Below, piece by piece: positions 63,382 to 64,000 of a DNA stretch of 64,000 nt. The notes under the pieces are model-generated. The model did no database searches and was not told where the DNA came from. It saw only the letters and a list, made by a program, of their open reading frames with translations. The stretch covers positions 36,704,001 to 36,768,000 of the forward strand of contig NC_083280.1 in NCBI RefSeq assembly GCF_963506605.1. The letters are read 5' to 3'. Each line of letters begins with the position of its first letter. Position 1 is the stretch's first letter. This stretch comes from Zootoca vivipara (lineage: Eukaryota). A program made the translations under genes and the position numbers.

Positions 63382-63948
63382 CATGGGTAGGCAAACTAAG
63401 GCCCGGGGCCCGGATCCAGCCCAATCACCTTCTAAATCTGGCCTGCAGACGGTCCTGGAATCAGCGTGTTTTTACATGGGTAGAATGAGTCCTTTAATTT
63501 AAAATGCATCCCTGGGTTATTTGTGGGGGCTGCCTGGTGTTTTCACATGAGTAGAATGTGTGCTTTTATTTAAATGCACCTCTGGGTTACAGTCATACCT
63601 CGGGTTACAGACACTTCAGGTTGCGTCTTTTCAGGTTGCGTCCCATGCCGAACCTGGAAGTACTTTCGGCACTCGCGCATGCGCAGAAGCACTAAAATCG
63701 CACTTTGCACATGCGCAGAAGTGCTGAATCACGACCCGCACGTGCGCAGACACGGCGCTGCAGGTTGTGAACGCTGCGGGTTGCGAACATGCCTCCCGCA
63801 TGGATCACGTTCGCAACCCGAGCGTCCACTGTATTTGTGGGGCATAGGAATTTGTTCTTTTTTTCCCTCTTCAAAATATAGTCCGGCCCACCGCAAGGTC
63901 TGAAGGACAGTGGACCGGCCCCCTGCTGAAAAAGTTTGCTGACCCCTG
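63382..63948. mobile_element. hAT-Charlie-like MITE with nested Tigger-type MITE (63590-63831)
   Basis: Inverted copy of the 13863-14183 element, interrupted exactly at a duplicated TA. Confidence 0.88.
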
Positions 63949-64000
63949 GCCAAGGGTGTCAGCTTTAAGCCAGCATGTCTTCAGTTCAAGTCTTACCTTA

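Overview
Vertebrate genomic DNA from a squamate, probably a lacertid-type lizard judging by the Sauria SINE, BovB, CR1, L2 and hAT/Tigger MITE content. The left third holds coding exons 1-7 of RYK (Wnt co-receptor pseudokinase) on the minus strand. They splice with GT-AG junctions into 871 nt of in-frame CDS (signal peptide, WIF domain, KRRK site, TM helix, juxtamembrane), and the kinase exons lie left of the window. A CpG-island promoter sits at about 18.9-20.3 kb. In the remaining ~44 kb upstream I recognise no gene, only a mosaic of transposable elements. The most notable observations are: (1) an intact hAT element in RYK intron 4 that has captured a CpG-rich ETS/YY1 promoter-like cassette resembling an L1 5' UTR; (2) a non-autonomous Helitron carrying tandem CTCF-like motifs; (3) an L1 insertion with an apparent 3' transduction nested in a Tigger-type MITE; (4) a uORF in the RYK leader; (5) CTCF- and TEAD-like motif arrangements upstream of RYK; (6) a ~100-bp-arm perfect-core hairpin MITE. 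All family assignments come from recalled sequence features, not database searches. No prokaryote-type system (CRISPR, operon) is present.
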